The translations under genes and the position numbers were made by a program. From Dehalococcoidia bacterium (GTDB lineage: Bacteria; Chloroflexota; Dehalococcoidia; Bin125), in NCBI GenBank assembly GCA_963663235.2, contig CAXXNO010000012.1, forward strand, positions 160,001 through 224,000: a stretch of 64,000 bases of DNA, given 5' to 3'. Under the pieces are notes generated by a model, which was not told the origin of the DNA, made no database searches, and saw only the letters and a list, made by a program, of their open reading frames with translations. Below, piece after piece: positions 48,974 to 57,889 of this stretch. Position 1 is the first letter of the stretch. Every line of letters begins with the position of its first letter.

Positions 48974-50182
48974 ATGGAACGAATACGAATGTACGGCGCC
49001 CCTTGGTGCCCGGACTGCCGCCGCGCCAAGGCGTTCTTGAGCGAGCATCGCGTGCCCTACGACTGGCTCGACGTCGATCACGACGCCGAGGCGCTGCGCT
49101 ACATCCAAGAGCTGCAGAACGGCGGCCGCAGCATCCCCATGCTGTTGTTCGAGGACGGCAGTTCTCTGGTGGAGCCGACCAACGAAGATCTTGCGCGCAA
49201 GTTGCATCTCAAGCTGGAAGCGGAGCGATCGTTCTACGACCTCGCCATCATCGGCGGCGGCCCCGCAGGGCTCGCCGCAGCCATCTACGCCGCCCGCGAG
49301 GGCATCGGCGCGATCGTCATCGATCGGAGTGCCCTGGGGGGCCAAGCAGGCGTGACCGATCGGATCGACAACTATCCGGGTTTCCCGGAGGGCATTGGCG
49401 GGGCCGAGCTGGCGGAGCGCTTCGTGCAGCAGGCTCGGCGCTACGGCGTCGAGTTGGTCTCAGCCGTCGGCGTGGATGAGGTCAGCACGGAGGAGCAGGA
49501 CGTGCTGCTGCGCCTCAGCAGCGGCCAGACGATCTGCACGCACGCGGCGATCGTGGCGACCGGATCAGTGTATCGGCGGCTGGGAGTGCCCGGCGAAGAG
49601 GATCTCATCGGCGCCGGGGTTCACTTCTGCGCAACCTGCGACGGGCCTTTCTACAAAGGGGCGGAGGAGTTGCTCGTGATCGGTGGGGGAAACTCCGGGA
49701 TGGAGGAAGGCTTGTTCCTCTCGCAGTTTGCGGAGCGGATCCGCGTGGTCGAGTCTTCGCCGGAACTCAAGGCGTCACAGCTGCTCCAAGACAAGGTCCG
49801 CGCCCACCCGAAGTTCAGCGTGCACACCAATACCCAGGTGATCGAGATCCGCGGCGAAAGGAAAGTGGAGGAGGTCGTGGCGCGGGATCGCGAGAGCGGC
49901 CAGGAGTTTCACTGGACTCCCAGCGCCGTGTTCGTCTTCATCGGCCTGACGCCCAACACAGACTTCGTGAAGGGCACGCTGGACCTGGACCAGTGGGGCT
50001 TCATCACCACGGACGACACCTTGCAGACGTCGATGCGAGGCGTCTTCGCGGCGGGCGACGTGCGGGCGGGCGCCACCAAGCAGCTCGGTTCCGCCGTCGG
50101 CGAAGGCATCACCGCGCTCCTGATGGTGCGCCAGTATCTCCAGCAGCGGACGCACCTCAGCGCCACGCCGGTCAACGCGTAA
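48974..50182 (+). CDS. Glutaredoxin/NrdH-like domain fused to thioredoxin-disulfide reductase
   Basis: N-terminal WCPDC..SIP; IIGGGPAG, NYPGF, CATCDG, GGGNSG, FAAGDV. Confidence 0.9.
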   Translation: MERIRMYGAPWCPDCRRAKAFLSEHRVPYDWLDVDHDAEALRYIQELQNGGRSIPMLLFEDGSSLVEPTNEDLARKLHLKLEAERSFYDLAIIGGGPAGLAAAIYAAREGIGAIVIDRSALGGQAGVTDRIDNYPGFPEGIGGAELAERFVQQARRYGVELVSAVGVDEVSTEEQDVLLRLSSGQTICTHAAIVATGSVYRRLGVPGEEDLIGAGVHFCATCDGPFYKGAEELLVIGGGNSGMEEGLFLSQFAERIRVVESSPELKASQLLQDKVRAHPKFSVHTNTQVIEIRGERKVEEVVARDRESGQEFHWTPSAVFVFIGLTPNTDFVKGTLDLDQWGFITTDDTLQTSMRGVFAAGDVRAGATKQLGSAVGEGITALLMVRQYLQQRTHLSATPVNA

Positions 50183-50204
50183 GCAGCACGGCGCCCCGGA
50201 CACC

Positions 50205-51071
50205 ATGCGTCTGACCCTCGGCGAGCACGAGATTGATTGCACCGACCGCACGGCGATCATGGCGATCCTGAACGTCGAGACAGATTCCCCCATCGCGGAG
50301 AGTGTCGTGGCGGTGGAGGAGGCCGTGACCCGCGGGCGGGCCTTGCGCGACGCCGGGGCAGAGATCATCGACGTAGGCGCGCACTCGACCCGCAGCGACG
50401 CGACGCCGATCTCACCACAGGAGGAGATCGAGCGTCTCTGCCCGGTGATCGAGAGGCTGCGGGCGGAAGGGATGATCGTTTCGGTCGACACCTGGACCCC
50501 GGCGGTGGCGCTGGCGGCGGCCCAGGCCGGCGTGCACATCCTCAACGACGTCAGCGGGGCGAGCGATCCGGCGATGGTCGCGGTCGCGGCGGAGCATCGG
50601 CTGCCGCTGATCATCATGCACATGCGTGGCCGGCCGACGCAGCATCGCCAAGCGGACCAGCGCTACGCGGACGTGGCCGCCGAGGTGCGCGGGTTCCTCA
50701 CCCAGCGCGCCGCGCAGTTGAGCGAGGCAGGCGTCGAGCAGGTGTGGCTGGACCCGGGCTTCCAGTTCGGCAAATCAGCGGCGGACAACGTACGCCTGCT
50801 GCTGGATTTGCCCAATCTCCTGGCGTTGGGTCGCCCGGTGGTGGTATCGGCGTCACGGAAGGGTTTTCTGTCGGAGCTGCTCGGGCACGGCGACCGGCAA
50901 GATGCGCCCGGCCTGCTGCCGGCCACGATCGCCGTGAACACGCTGGCGGCCTACTGGGGCGCCCACATTGTGCGCGTGCACGACGTGGCGGAGATGGCGG
51001 CCGCTCTGCGCATCGTGAACGGAGTCCGCGCCCAACGCCGCCTGGATGACGGCGCGCCGCCGTCCAACTGA
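50205..51071 (+). CDS. folP: Dihydropteroate synthase
   Basis: IMAILN..DS, IDVGAHSTR, SVDT, DPGFQFGK, SRKGF, IVRVHDV. Confidence 0.9.
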   Translation: MRLTLGEHEIDCTDRTAIMAILNVETDSPIAESVVAVEEAVTRGRALRDAGAEIIDVGAHSTRSDATPISPQEEIERLCPVIERLRAEGMIVSVDTWTPAVALAAAQAGVHILNDVSGASDPAMVAVAAEHRLPLIIMHMRGRPTQHRQADQRYADVAAEVRGFLTQRAAQLSEAGVEQVWLDPGFQFGKSAADNVRLLLDLPNLLALGRPVVVSASRKGFLSELLGHGDRQDAPGLLPATIAVNTLAAYWGAHIVRVHDVAEMAAALRIVNGVRAQRRLDDGAPPSN

Positions 51072-51098
51072 TACAATCGATCAGCGGAGCGAAGAGCC

Positions 51099-51305
51099 AT
51101 GCCCACGTACCAGTTTCGTTGCAAGGACGGCCACGAGTTCGAGCGTCTCATGTCGTTCGCCGAATTCGACCGCAGCAAGCGGGTGCGCTGCCCGGAGTGC
51201 AAGAAGGGCGCGACGCGCGCGCCGGGGGGCTTCCTGTCCTTTAACAGCAGCCAGACGCCGCTCAAGGCGGGCCGACCGCAACAGACCCGCTACCACCCCT
51301 GGTAG
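51099..51305 (+). CDS. FmdB family zinc-ribbon protein
   Basis: MPTYQFRCKDGHEFE..CPEC. Confidence 0.82.
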   Translation: MPTYQFRCKDGHEFERLMSFAEFDRSKRVRCPECKKGATRAPGGFLSFNSSQTPLKAGRPQQTRYHPW

Positions 51306-51317
51306 GCGCCCGGCCAC

Positions 51318-52163
51318 ATGACCACGGAAGCCGTGGCGGACATCACCGACGGGACCTTCGCCAGCGAGGTGCTAGAGCGCTCGCGCGAGGTGCCGGTCGT
51401 CGTCGATTTTTGGGCCCCTTGGTGCGGCCCCTGCCGCCACCTGAGCCCCACGCTGGAGCAACTGGCCCAGGAGTACGCCGGTAAGGTCCGCCTAGTAAAG
51501 GTCAACATCGACGAGAATCCCGCCGTCGCCGGGCGGCTCGGCGTCCAGAGCATCCCCGCCGTCATGGCGTTCCGCGATGGAGAGATCGTCGACCAGTTCG
51601 TCGGGGCGCTGCCGGAGCCCGACGTCCGGCGTTTCTTCGAATCGACGCTGCCGTCCCCAGCCGACCTGCTGGTGGCCGAGGCGGCGCAATCGCTCGCTGG
51701 GGGCGACGTCGCCGCAGCCGAGCGGGCCTATCAGTCAGCGCTGGCGGGAGACCCCCGCCACGCGGACGCCGCGCTGGGACTCGCGGCGCTCGTCCTGGAC
51801 CGAGGTGACCTCCCGCAGGCAGGCGCCCTGGCCGAGCCATGGGCCGGCGACGCGCACGGCAAGCGGATCCTGGGATTGATCAGTCTACGGCTGGCGGCCG
51901 AGGGTGCGACACGCGCCGAGATCGAAGAGCGCCTGCGAGCGGATGAGCGCGACGCGGCGGCGCACTATGTCCTCGGCGCCCTGCTCGCCGTCGAGGGCGA
52001 ATGGGACGCCGCGCTGGAGCACCTGCTGGAAACCGTCCGGCTGGACCGCGCCTTCGCCGACGACGGCGGCCGTCTGCGGATGCTGGACGCCTTCAACGTC
52101 CTCGGCGACGACGATCCGCTCACGCAGAACTACCGTCGCAGGCTGAGCGCGGTTCTCTTCTAA
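51318..52163 (+). CDS. Thioredoxin-TPR protein (CnoX/YbbN family)
   Basis: DFWAPWCGPC, VQSIP, TPR repeats, YRRRLSAVLF. Confidence 0.9.
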   Translation: MTTEAVADITDGTFASEVLERSREVPVVVDFWAPWCGPCRHLSPTLEQLAQEYAGKVRLVKVNIDENPAVAGRLGVQSIPAVMAFRDGEIVDQFVGALPEPDVRRFFESTLPSPADLLVAEAAQSLAGGDVAAAERAYQSALAGDPRHADAALGLAALVLDRGDLPQAGALAEPWAGDAHGKRILGLISLRLAAEGATRAEIEERLRADERDAAAHYVLGALLAVEGEWDAALEHLLETVRLDRAFADDGGRLRMLDAFNVLGDDDPLTQNYRRRLSAVLF

Positions 52164-52193
52164 CGCGTCGCGAGAGCGAAAACGAGACGGCCT

Positions 52194-52580
52194 TCAGGCC
52201 TCGGGCTCGGGGTCCATCCCACTCTCCGCTTCGGCTTGATCCGCATCTCCAGGCCGAACGCGCTTGGACCACGCCCACCAGCCCAGCGCCACCGTGGGCA
52301 CCAAGAAGATCAGCGGGAGGAAGATGGACGTGGCGAGCGTCTCGTCGCTCACGTGGAAGGGGTCGTCCGCACCGGCCTCCGCTTCCTGGCGGGGGGTGAC
52401 CGGGGGCCGACCGGCCACCGGATCATCCGTGGCCAACGCGACGGGCCGTTCACCCAGCGTGCTGTCGTCGAAGGCGGCCCCAGCCGTCGCCGAGCCGGCA
52501 GCCAGAGCGAGCGCCACCAGGCCGATCAACAGAGCGGCACGACTCGCGGACGGGGAGAGGCGGAACGCGACGCGGCTCAC
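52194..52580 (-). CDS. Hypothetical exported/membrane-anchored protein
   Basis: AGGAGA RBS + GTG; signal-like N-terminus and C-terminal TM helix. Confidence 0.55.
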   Translation of the reverse strand: MSRVAFRLSPSASRAALLIGLVALALAAGSATAGAAFDDSTLGERPVALATDDPVAGRPPVTPRQEAEAGADDPFHVSDETLATSIFLPLIFLVPTVALGWWAWSKRVRPGDADQAEAESGMDPEPEA

Positions 52581-52646
52581 GACATCTCCTCCTTGGCCGA
52601 CCGCAGTCAGTTTGGCCCGGTCCGGCGCGGCGGTCAACCGGCGCCA

Positions 52647-53543
52647 TCAGGTGAAGATGGGCAGGATCTCCTCAATCGCGCGGGCCTGCTTGCCGGTCGC
52701 CGCGTAGACGGAGAGGGTCAGCGGCTTGACGCCGGCAGCGTGCCAGGCCTCCACCTTCTCCCGCACCTGGGAGGCGGTGCCGAAGAGGGCCACGTCCTCA
52801 GCCATACGCTCTGAGACCGCCTCGTCCATGGCTTGCTTGTTCCCCTCAGCCTGCGCGGCGCGCGCCCGCTCTACCTCCTCGGCGTAGCCCGCCTCGATGA
52901 AGTAGTTCTGGTAGTTGGGCGTGGACATGTAGAGACGCAAGGCGCGCCGGATCGCGGCCAGGGCGGCGGCGCGATCGTCGGAGACGGAGCAGGGCGCCAG
53001 ATTCCCCACGATGAACGTGTCGCGCCGCTCGGCGGGAATCTCCTTGAGCGACTCGGGCATGTGTGACAGAGCGGCGTTGGCCCACAGGGCGCCGTCGGCG
53101 ATCTCGCCGGCGAGGCGGGTCATCTTCTTCCGCAGCGTCGCCAGGATCACCGGCGGGAGCGGCTGATCCTGCGCGGCCGCGCGCAGTTGCTCAACATAGC
53201 GGCGCATGTCGGTGACCGGTTTTCCCGCGCTAATCCCGAGCGGCCGCAGCGTCGGCTCATGCGCCACGCCCAGCCCGAGACGAAACCGCCCGTCGCTGAG
53301 CTCGTGGATCAAGTTCGCGCTGGCCGCCATGACCGAGGGATGGCGGGTGTAGATCACCGCGATGCCCGTGCCAATCTCGATCCGCTGGGTAGACATGGCG
53401 AGGGCCAGTGACAGCGAGACCCCGTCGGCATACGACGGGCAGTAGATATTCGGAAACCCGCGGCGGTCCAGCTCCTGCGCCGTCTCGATGATCGCACGGC
53501 GGCGGCCCGGCAGCGCCACCAGAGCAAACCCGGGCATCTCCAT
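52647..53543 (-). CDS. LLM-class (possibly F420-dependent) oxidoreductase
   Basis: IGTGIAVIYTRHP, LSDGRFRLGLG, LAGEIADG. Confidence 0.85.
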   Translation of the reverse strand: MEMPGFALVALPGRRRAIIETAQELDRRGFPNIYCPSYADGVSLSLALAMSTQRIEIGTGIAVIYTRHPSVMAASANLIHELSDGRFRLGLGVAHEPTLRPLGISAGKPVTDMRRYVEQLRAAAQDQPLPPVILATLRKKMTRLAGEIADGALWANAALSHMPESLKEIPAERRDTFIVGNLAPCSVSDDRAAALAAIRRALRLYMSTPNYQNYFIEAGYAEEVERARAAQAEGNKQAMDEAVSERMAEDVALFGTASQVREKVEAWHAAGVKPLTLSVYAATGKQARAIEEILPIFT

Positions 53544-53648
53544 GCAGTCAGCCCTCCCCTCTCAGAGACGATGTCCAGCGGAGGGTAGCAGTCACGGCGC
53601 GCTCAGCGTGAACCGCAGCGCGCCTCGCCGGGGTTTATACTTTGCGGC

Positions 53649-55211
53649 ATGAAGCCACCTGCCGTCTTCACCCTGCGCGACGACCGAGGGGCAACGTACG
53701 CCTTCCCCGCCTCGCGGCCCACGCTTCTGGCGTTCGTGAAGGAAGACTGCGAGACCTGCAATCTGGCATTGCCGCTGCTCGAAGCGATCCACCGCGCGGC
53801 GGGCGACCGGATCAACGTCTGGGGCGTGGCGCAAGGGACCGATGACATCAGCATCCTGCGCGAGCGGCACGGGCTCACCATGCCACTCTTGGACGACGAC
53901 ACGCTGGACCTCTCCTACGACGCCGACATCGACACGGTGCCCTCACTGTTCCTGTACGACAGCAGCGGCGCTTGCGTGCGCGAGCTCACCGCCTTCTGGA
54001 AGGACGAATGGCAGACCCTGATCGACGAGGCCGTCGCCCTCGCCGGGAACGGACAGGCCCCGGCGATCGAGTGGCCGGCCCTGCCGGCGAACCAGCCCGG
54101 GTGCGGGGCGCGCAACGTGCTGCCCGGCATCGCCGAGAAGCTGGCGGCGCGCCGCAGCGGCGATCTGCTGTCGCGGCGCATCGACGTCGCCGAGGGCGAC
54201 GACCTGCACGAGTTCATGTTCGACCAGGGGTTCACCGACGGCCTGCCCGTGGTCCCGCCCACGCCGGAGCGCGTCTGGCGCATGCTGCAAGGCACGAAAC
54301 GGGACCCACGCGATGTCGTCGCGGTGATTCCGCCCAACATGGCCCCGGGGACGGTGGAGAAAATCGCGGTCAACGCCGTGATGGCAGGCGCCGAGCCAGC
54401 GTATCTGCCCGCCATCCTGACCGCGATCGAGGCCGCCTGCACCGACGAGTTCAACATGCACGGCGTGCTGGCCACCACCTGGCTGGCCGGCCCCATCGTC
54501 ATCGTCAACGGGCCGGCGCGCCACAAGCTGGGCATGAACATGCAGGGCAACGCCCTGGGCCAGGGCAACCGCGCCAACGCCGCCATCGGGCGGGCGTTGC
54601 AACTGGTCGTACGCAACGTCGGCGGCGGCCGGCCCGGTGAAGTGGACCGCGCCACCCTGGGGGGGCCGCACAAGTACACGTGCTGCTTCGCCGAATGGGA
54701 GGAGCGGTCGCCCTGGGAGCCGTTGCACGTGGAGCGAGGGTTCGCCGCGGAAGACTCGACGATCACCCTGTTCGCCGGTTCCGGGCCGCAACCGATCGCG
54801 GATCAACTCTCGCGCGACGGCCGCTCGCTGGTGCGAAGCCTAGCGCTGGGCCTGGAGTCGCTCTGGCACCCAAAGATGCACAACTTCGGCGAAACGTTCC
54901 TGGTGATCTCGCCGGAGCACGCGGACACACTGGCCGGCAGTGGCTGGAGCAAAGACGACATCCGCAAAGGCATCCAAGAAGCCACCGCGCGGCCCTGGCG
55001 GGAGCTTGTGGGTGACGCGGCGTGCGCCGAGGGCACGCGCCCGCCCAAAGACCCCGCCGACTTGGACAAGCTCGTGCCCAAGTTCCGCAGCGAGCGCGAG
55101 ATCAACATCGTGGTCGCCGGTGGGGAAGCGGGCATGTTCTCGCACGTGCTGGGAAACTGGGTAAGCGGGCCGATGGGTTCGATCAGCATCACCCGCAAGA
55201 TCGCGGAGTAA
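53649..55211 (+). CDS. Redoxin (CxxC) domain fused to large domain of unknown function; partner of UGSC protein
   Basis: FVKEDCETC..TVP; PGCG linker; TDGLPVVPPTPERV, TVEKIAVNAVMAG, NRANAAIGRALQL, WEPLHVERGF. Confidence 0.8.
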   Translation: MKPPAVFTLRDDRGATYAFPASRPTLLAFVKEDCETCNLALPLLEAIHRAAGDRINVWGVAQGTDDISILRERHGLTMPLLDDDTLDLSYDADIDTVPSLFLYDSSGACVRELTAFWKDEWQTLIDEAVALAGNGQAPAIEWPALPANQPGCGARNVLPGIAEKLAARRSGDLLSRRIDVAEGDDLHEFMFDQGFTDGLPVVPPTPERVWRMLQGTKRDPRDVVAVIPPNMAPGTVEKIAVNAVMAGAEPAYLPAILTAIEAACTDEFNMHGVLATTWLAGPIVIVNGPARHKLGMNMQGNALGQGNRANAAIGRALQLVVRNVGGGRPGEVDRATLGGPHKYTCCFAEWEERSPWEPLHVERGFAAEDSTITLFAGSGPQPIADQLSRDGRSLVRSLALGLESLWHPKMHNFGETFLVISPEHADTLAGSGWSKDDIRKGIQEATARPWRELVGDAACAEGTRPPKDPADLDKLVPKFRSEREINIVVAGGEAGMFSHVLGNWVSGPMGSISITRKIAE

Positions 55212-55233
55212 ATCGCGGAGTAAGGAGAGCGCT

Positions 55234-55761
55234 ATGGTCCAGATCCTCGACCCCACGGATGAACGGAAGCCGGTCCAGCGACGGCTGGCGCCGCGGCCCG
55301 AAGCGCTGGAGGGCACAGTGGGCCTGCTGGATATCTCGAAGCCGCGGGGCGACGTGCTGATCGATCGCATCGAAGAGCTGTTACACGACAAGGCTCCGTC
55401 GCTCACCATCAAGCGCTACCGCAAGCCGACTTTCTCCAAGCCCGCGCCGGCGGCGCTGTTGGAAGAGATCAAGGAGGGCTGCGACTTCGTCATCGAAGCG
55501 TTGGCCGATTGAGGGTCGTGCACCACGTGCAGTGTGCACGACACGACCTGGCTAGAGACCCACGGGACGCCGGCGCTGTTCATCGCTTCGTCGGCGTTCA
55601 CGGAAGCGGCGCAGAAACAAGCGACAGCGCTGGGCCTGCCGCAGGTGCGACGCGCAATCGTACCGCACCCGATCCAGGGCCAGAGAGACGAAGAGATGCG
55701 CGCGCGGGCCGACGCCGTGGCGGATGAGCTCATCGAGGCGCTGCTGCGGCCGCCGGACTAG
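55234..55761 (+). CDS. UGSC-type selenoprotein (UxxCxxC), UGA at 55510-55512
   Basis: RBS AAGGAG; ..CDFVIEALAD-TGA-GSCTTCSVHD..LETHGTP..IVPHPI in frame to TAG 55761. Confidence 0.87.
55515..55542 (+). promoter_or_regulatory. SECIS-like hairpin (UGSC gene)
   Basis: GTCGTGCA-C-CAC-GTGCA-GTG-TGCACGAC; 11 bp with one bulge, loop begins with G. Confidence 0.65.
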
Positions 55762-55805
55762 ACGGCGACGCGTCTTCCAGGCAGCCGGCAGACGAGGACC
55801 GCCCT

Positions 55806-56429
55806 GTGGCAGAGCCCACGCCCTCCGATGAGCGGCGCGCCTTGCGCGCCCACCTGCAGGCGCCGCCGTCGTTCGCGATCGAAGGGGACCGCGGGACGGT
55901 CACGGTGGTGAGCGCCTGGGGCCTCTTCTCCGCCAAGCGGCTGGACGAGGGCAGCGCCATGCTGCTGGGCGAAGTGCGGGCGCTCGCGCCGCCGTCGCGG
56001 CTGCTGGACCTGGGCTGCGGCAACGGCGCTGTGGGCTTGGCGCTGGCCAAGAACTGGCCCGCCAGCACGGTCGTGCTGGCGGACAAGGATATCCTCGCGG
56101 TCGAGACGACCCAAGCCAACGTCGAGCGGAACCGGCTGGCGAACGCCCAAGCCCTGCTCTCCACCGGCTTTCGGGAGTTGCCGCCGGAGCCGTTTGACCT
56201 CATCGTCTCCAATCTGCCCGCGCAAGCGGGCAACGAGGCGATCGACGAACTCCTCCTCGACGCCTACGAGCATCTGGCTCCCAGCGGGGCGCTGGTGGTG
56301 GTGACGGTGCGGGGACTCAAGCGCTACATCAAACGACGATTGCTCGCGATCTTCGGCGATTATCACAAAGCCAAAGAGAGGCCGCGGCACGTGGTGAGCG
56401 AAGCGGCCCGCGAGCGGGAGAGCGCCTAA
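55806..56429 (+). CDS. Class I SAM methyltransferase (MTS/RsmC-like)
   Basis: GLFSAKRLDEGS, LDLGCGNG, IVSNLP. Confidence 0.85.
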   Translation: MAEPTPSDERRALRAHLQAPPSFAIEGDRGTVTVVSAWGLFSAKRLDEGSAMLLGEVRALAPPSRLLDLGCGNGAVGLALAKNWPASTVVLADKDILAVETTQANVERNRLANAQALLSTGFRELPPEPFDLIVSNLPAQAGNEAIDELLLDAYEHLAPSGALVVVTVRGLKRYIKRRLLAIFGDYHKAKERPRHVVSEAARERESA

Positions 56430-56471
56430 TGCGCGGGTCGCTGCACCGCGGCCGGCGGCGATGAGTCCATC

Positions 56472-57182
56472 ATGCCGATTCACCTGCGCGCCACGCCCGA
56501 CGACCTCGCTCCCACTGCTCTCCTGGTCGGCGACCCAGGGCGGGCTGAGCGCATCGCCGGAGGCCTGAGCGACGCCCGCTGCTACAACCGCAACCGCGGG
56601 CTGCTGGGCTACACCGGGGAGCACGCGGGCCTCCGCCTCTCCGTTCAGACCACGGGCATGGGCGGGCCTTCCGCGGCGATCGTTACCGAAGAGCTGGCCG
56701 AGCTGGGCGTCCGCACCGTGATCCGCCTGGGCACCTGCGGCGCGGTCGCCGAAGCGGTGGCGGTGCTGGATCTGGCCGTCGCGACGGCGTCCGTGCCGCT
56801 GGACGGCGCCACACGCCAGTACCTCCAGGGCGAGCCATTCGCGCCGGCCGCGGATTTTGCCGTGACGCACGCGCTCGTCGCCGCGGGCGAGGCCACGTCG
56901 CGCCCGGTTCATGTCGGGCTCTTCATGAGCAGCGATGCGTTCTACCGAGAGGAGACGGACTGGACCCGCTGGCGCGACCGAGGTGTGCTGGCCGTGGAGA
57001 TGGAGGCTGCCACGATCTTCACAGTCGCGCTGCATCGGGGGATGCGCGCCGGGGCGATCTGCCTGGTGGTGGACGAAGTGCGCGACCGATCCACCTGGGC
57101 CAGCGACGACGCGATCCAGGCGGCGACAGAGGATCTCATCGCCGTCGGGCTGCGGGCCGCGGTCGCGCTGAGCCGCTCCTAG
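56472..57182 (+). CDS. deoD: Purine nucleoside phosphorylase (DeoD type)
   Basis: GDPGRA, GMGGPS, RLGTCG, SDAFY, AVEME. Confidence 0.85.
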   Translation: MPIHLRATPDDLAPTALLVGDPGRAERIAGGLSDARCYNRNRGLLGYTGEHAGLRLSVQTTGMGGPSAAIVTEELAELGVRTVIRLGTCGAVAEAVAVLDLAVATASVPLDGATRQYLQGEPFAPAADFAVTHALVAAGEATSRPVHVGLFMSSDAFYREETDWTRWRDRGVLAVEMEAATIFTVALHRGMRAGAICLVVDEVRDRSTWASDDAIQAATEDLIAVGLRAAVALSRS

Positions 57183-57889
57183 GGGGGACCGCCCGACACG
57201 CTCAGCGAGTCGGCGCCCTCGCCCCTACCCGGCGGCCCCGCGGTCGAGCGCAAGTAGCGCACGGTCTCCAGCGCTTCGCCTCCCGGCAGCGCCCTGGCGC
57301 GCGTCAAATCCTCAGGCGTATCGATGTCCAGAGCCCAACGCGCCGTCTCCACGACCGCCACAACCGCACCGGCCGCGCGCGCCGCCGCTTGGTGACGCGC
57401 CGCGGAGCCCGGCCCGTAGGCGGGCGCCATCACGCCCGGCGGCCGCAGCAACAGGCCGTTGGTGCCGCCGTCGCGCGACGGCGCGATGACGACGCTCGGC
57501 GCGCGCGCGAGCGCATCCGTGAGAGCGATGATGTCGGCGGCGCTGATCAAGGGCAGATCACCCGGAACGACCAGCAGCGCGTCGGCGTCCGCGCGGGCCT
57601 CCTGAGCAAGGCGCACGGCCGCGTTGAGGTCGCCGATGCCGGGTGGCTCCTGGAGAAACGCGGCGCCCAGCCGGGAGGCCTCGCGCGCCGCCGCCGCATC
57701 GCGGCTGAGCACCGTCACCCCACTGATACCGGGCGCCGCCCGCAGCGCCCGCACCACGTCATGCAGCATGGCGCGGACCAAGCGGATGCGCTGCTCCGGT
57801 TGAAGAACGGCGGCCAGCCGTGACTTGCCCGCCGGCAGGCCACGGACGGGGACGACCGCCTCAATCGTCGGCCCATCTGTCGGTGTCAC
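57179..57889 (-). CDS. cofC: 2-phospho-L-lactate/PEP guanylyltransferase (F420 biosynthesis)
   Basis: VVPV..GKSRL, GDLP, DGGTN, LDIDTPEDL. Confidence 0.9.
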   Translation of the reverse strand: MTPTDGPTIEAVVPVRGLPAGKSRLAAVLQPEQRIRLVRAMLHDVVRALRAAPGISGVTVLSRDAAAAREASRLGAAFLQEPPGIGDLNAAVRLAQEARADADALLVVPGDLPLISAADIIALTDALARAPSVVIAPSRDGGTNGLLLRPPGVMAPAYGPGSAARHQAAARAAGAVVAVVETARWALDIDTPEDLTRARALPGGEALETVRYLRSTAGPPGRGEGADSLSVSGGPP

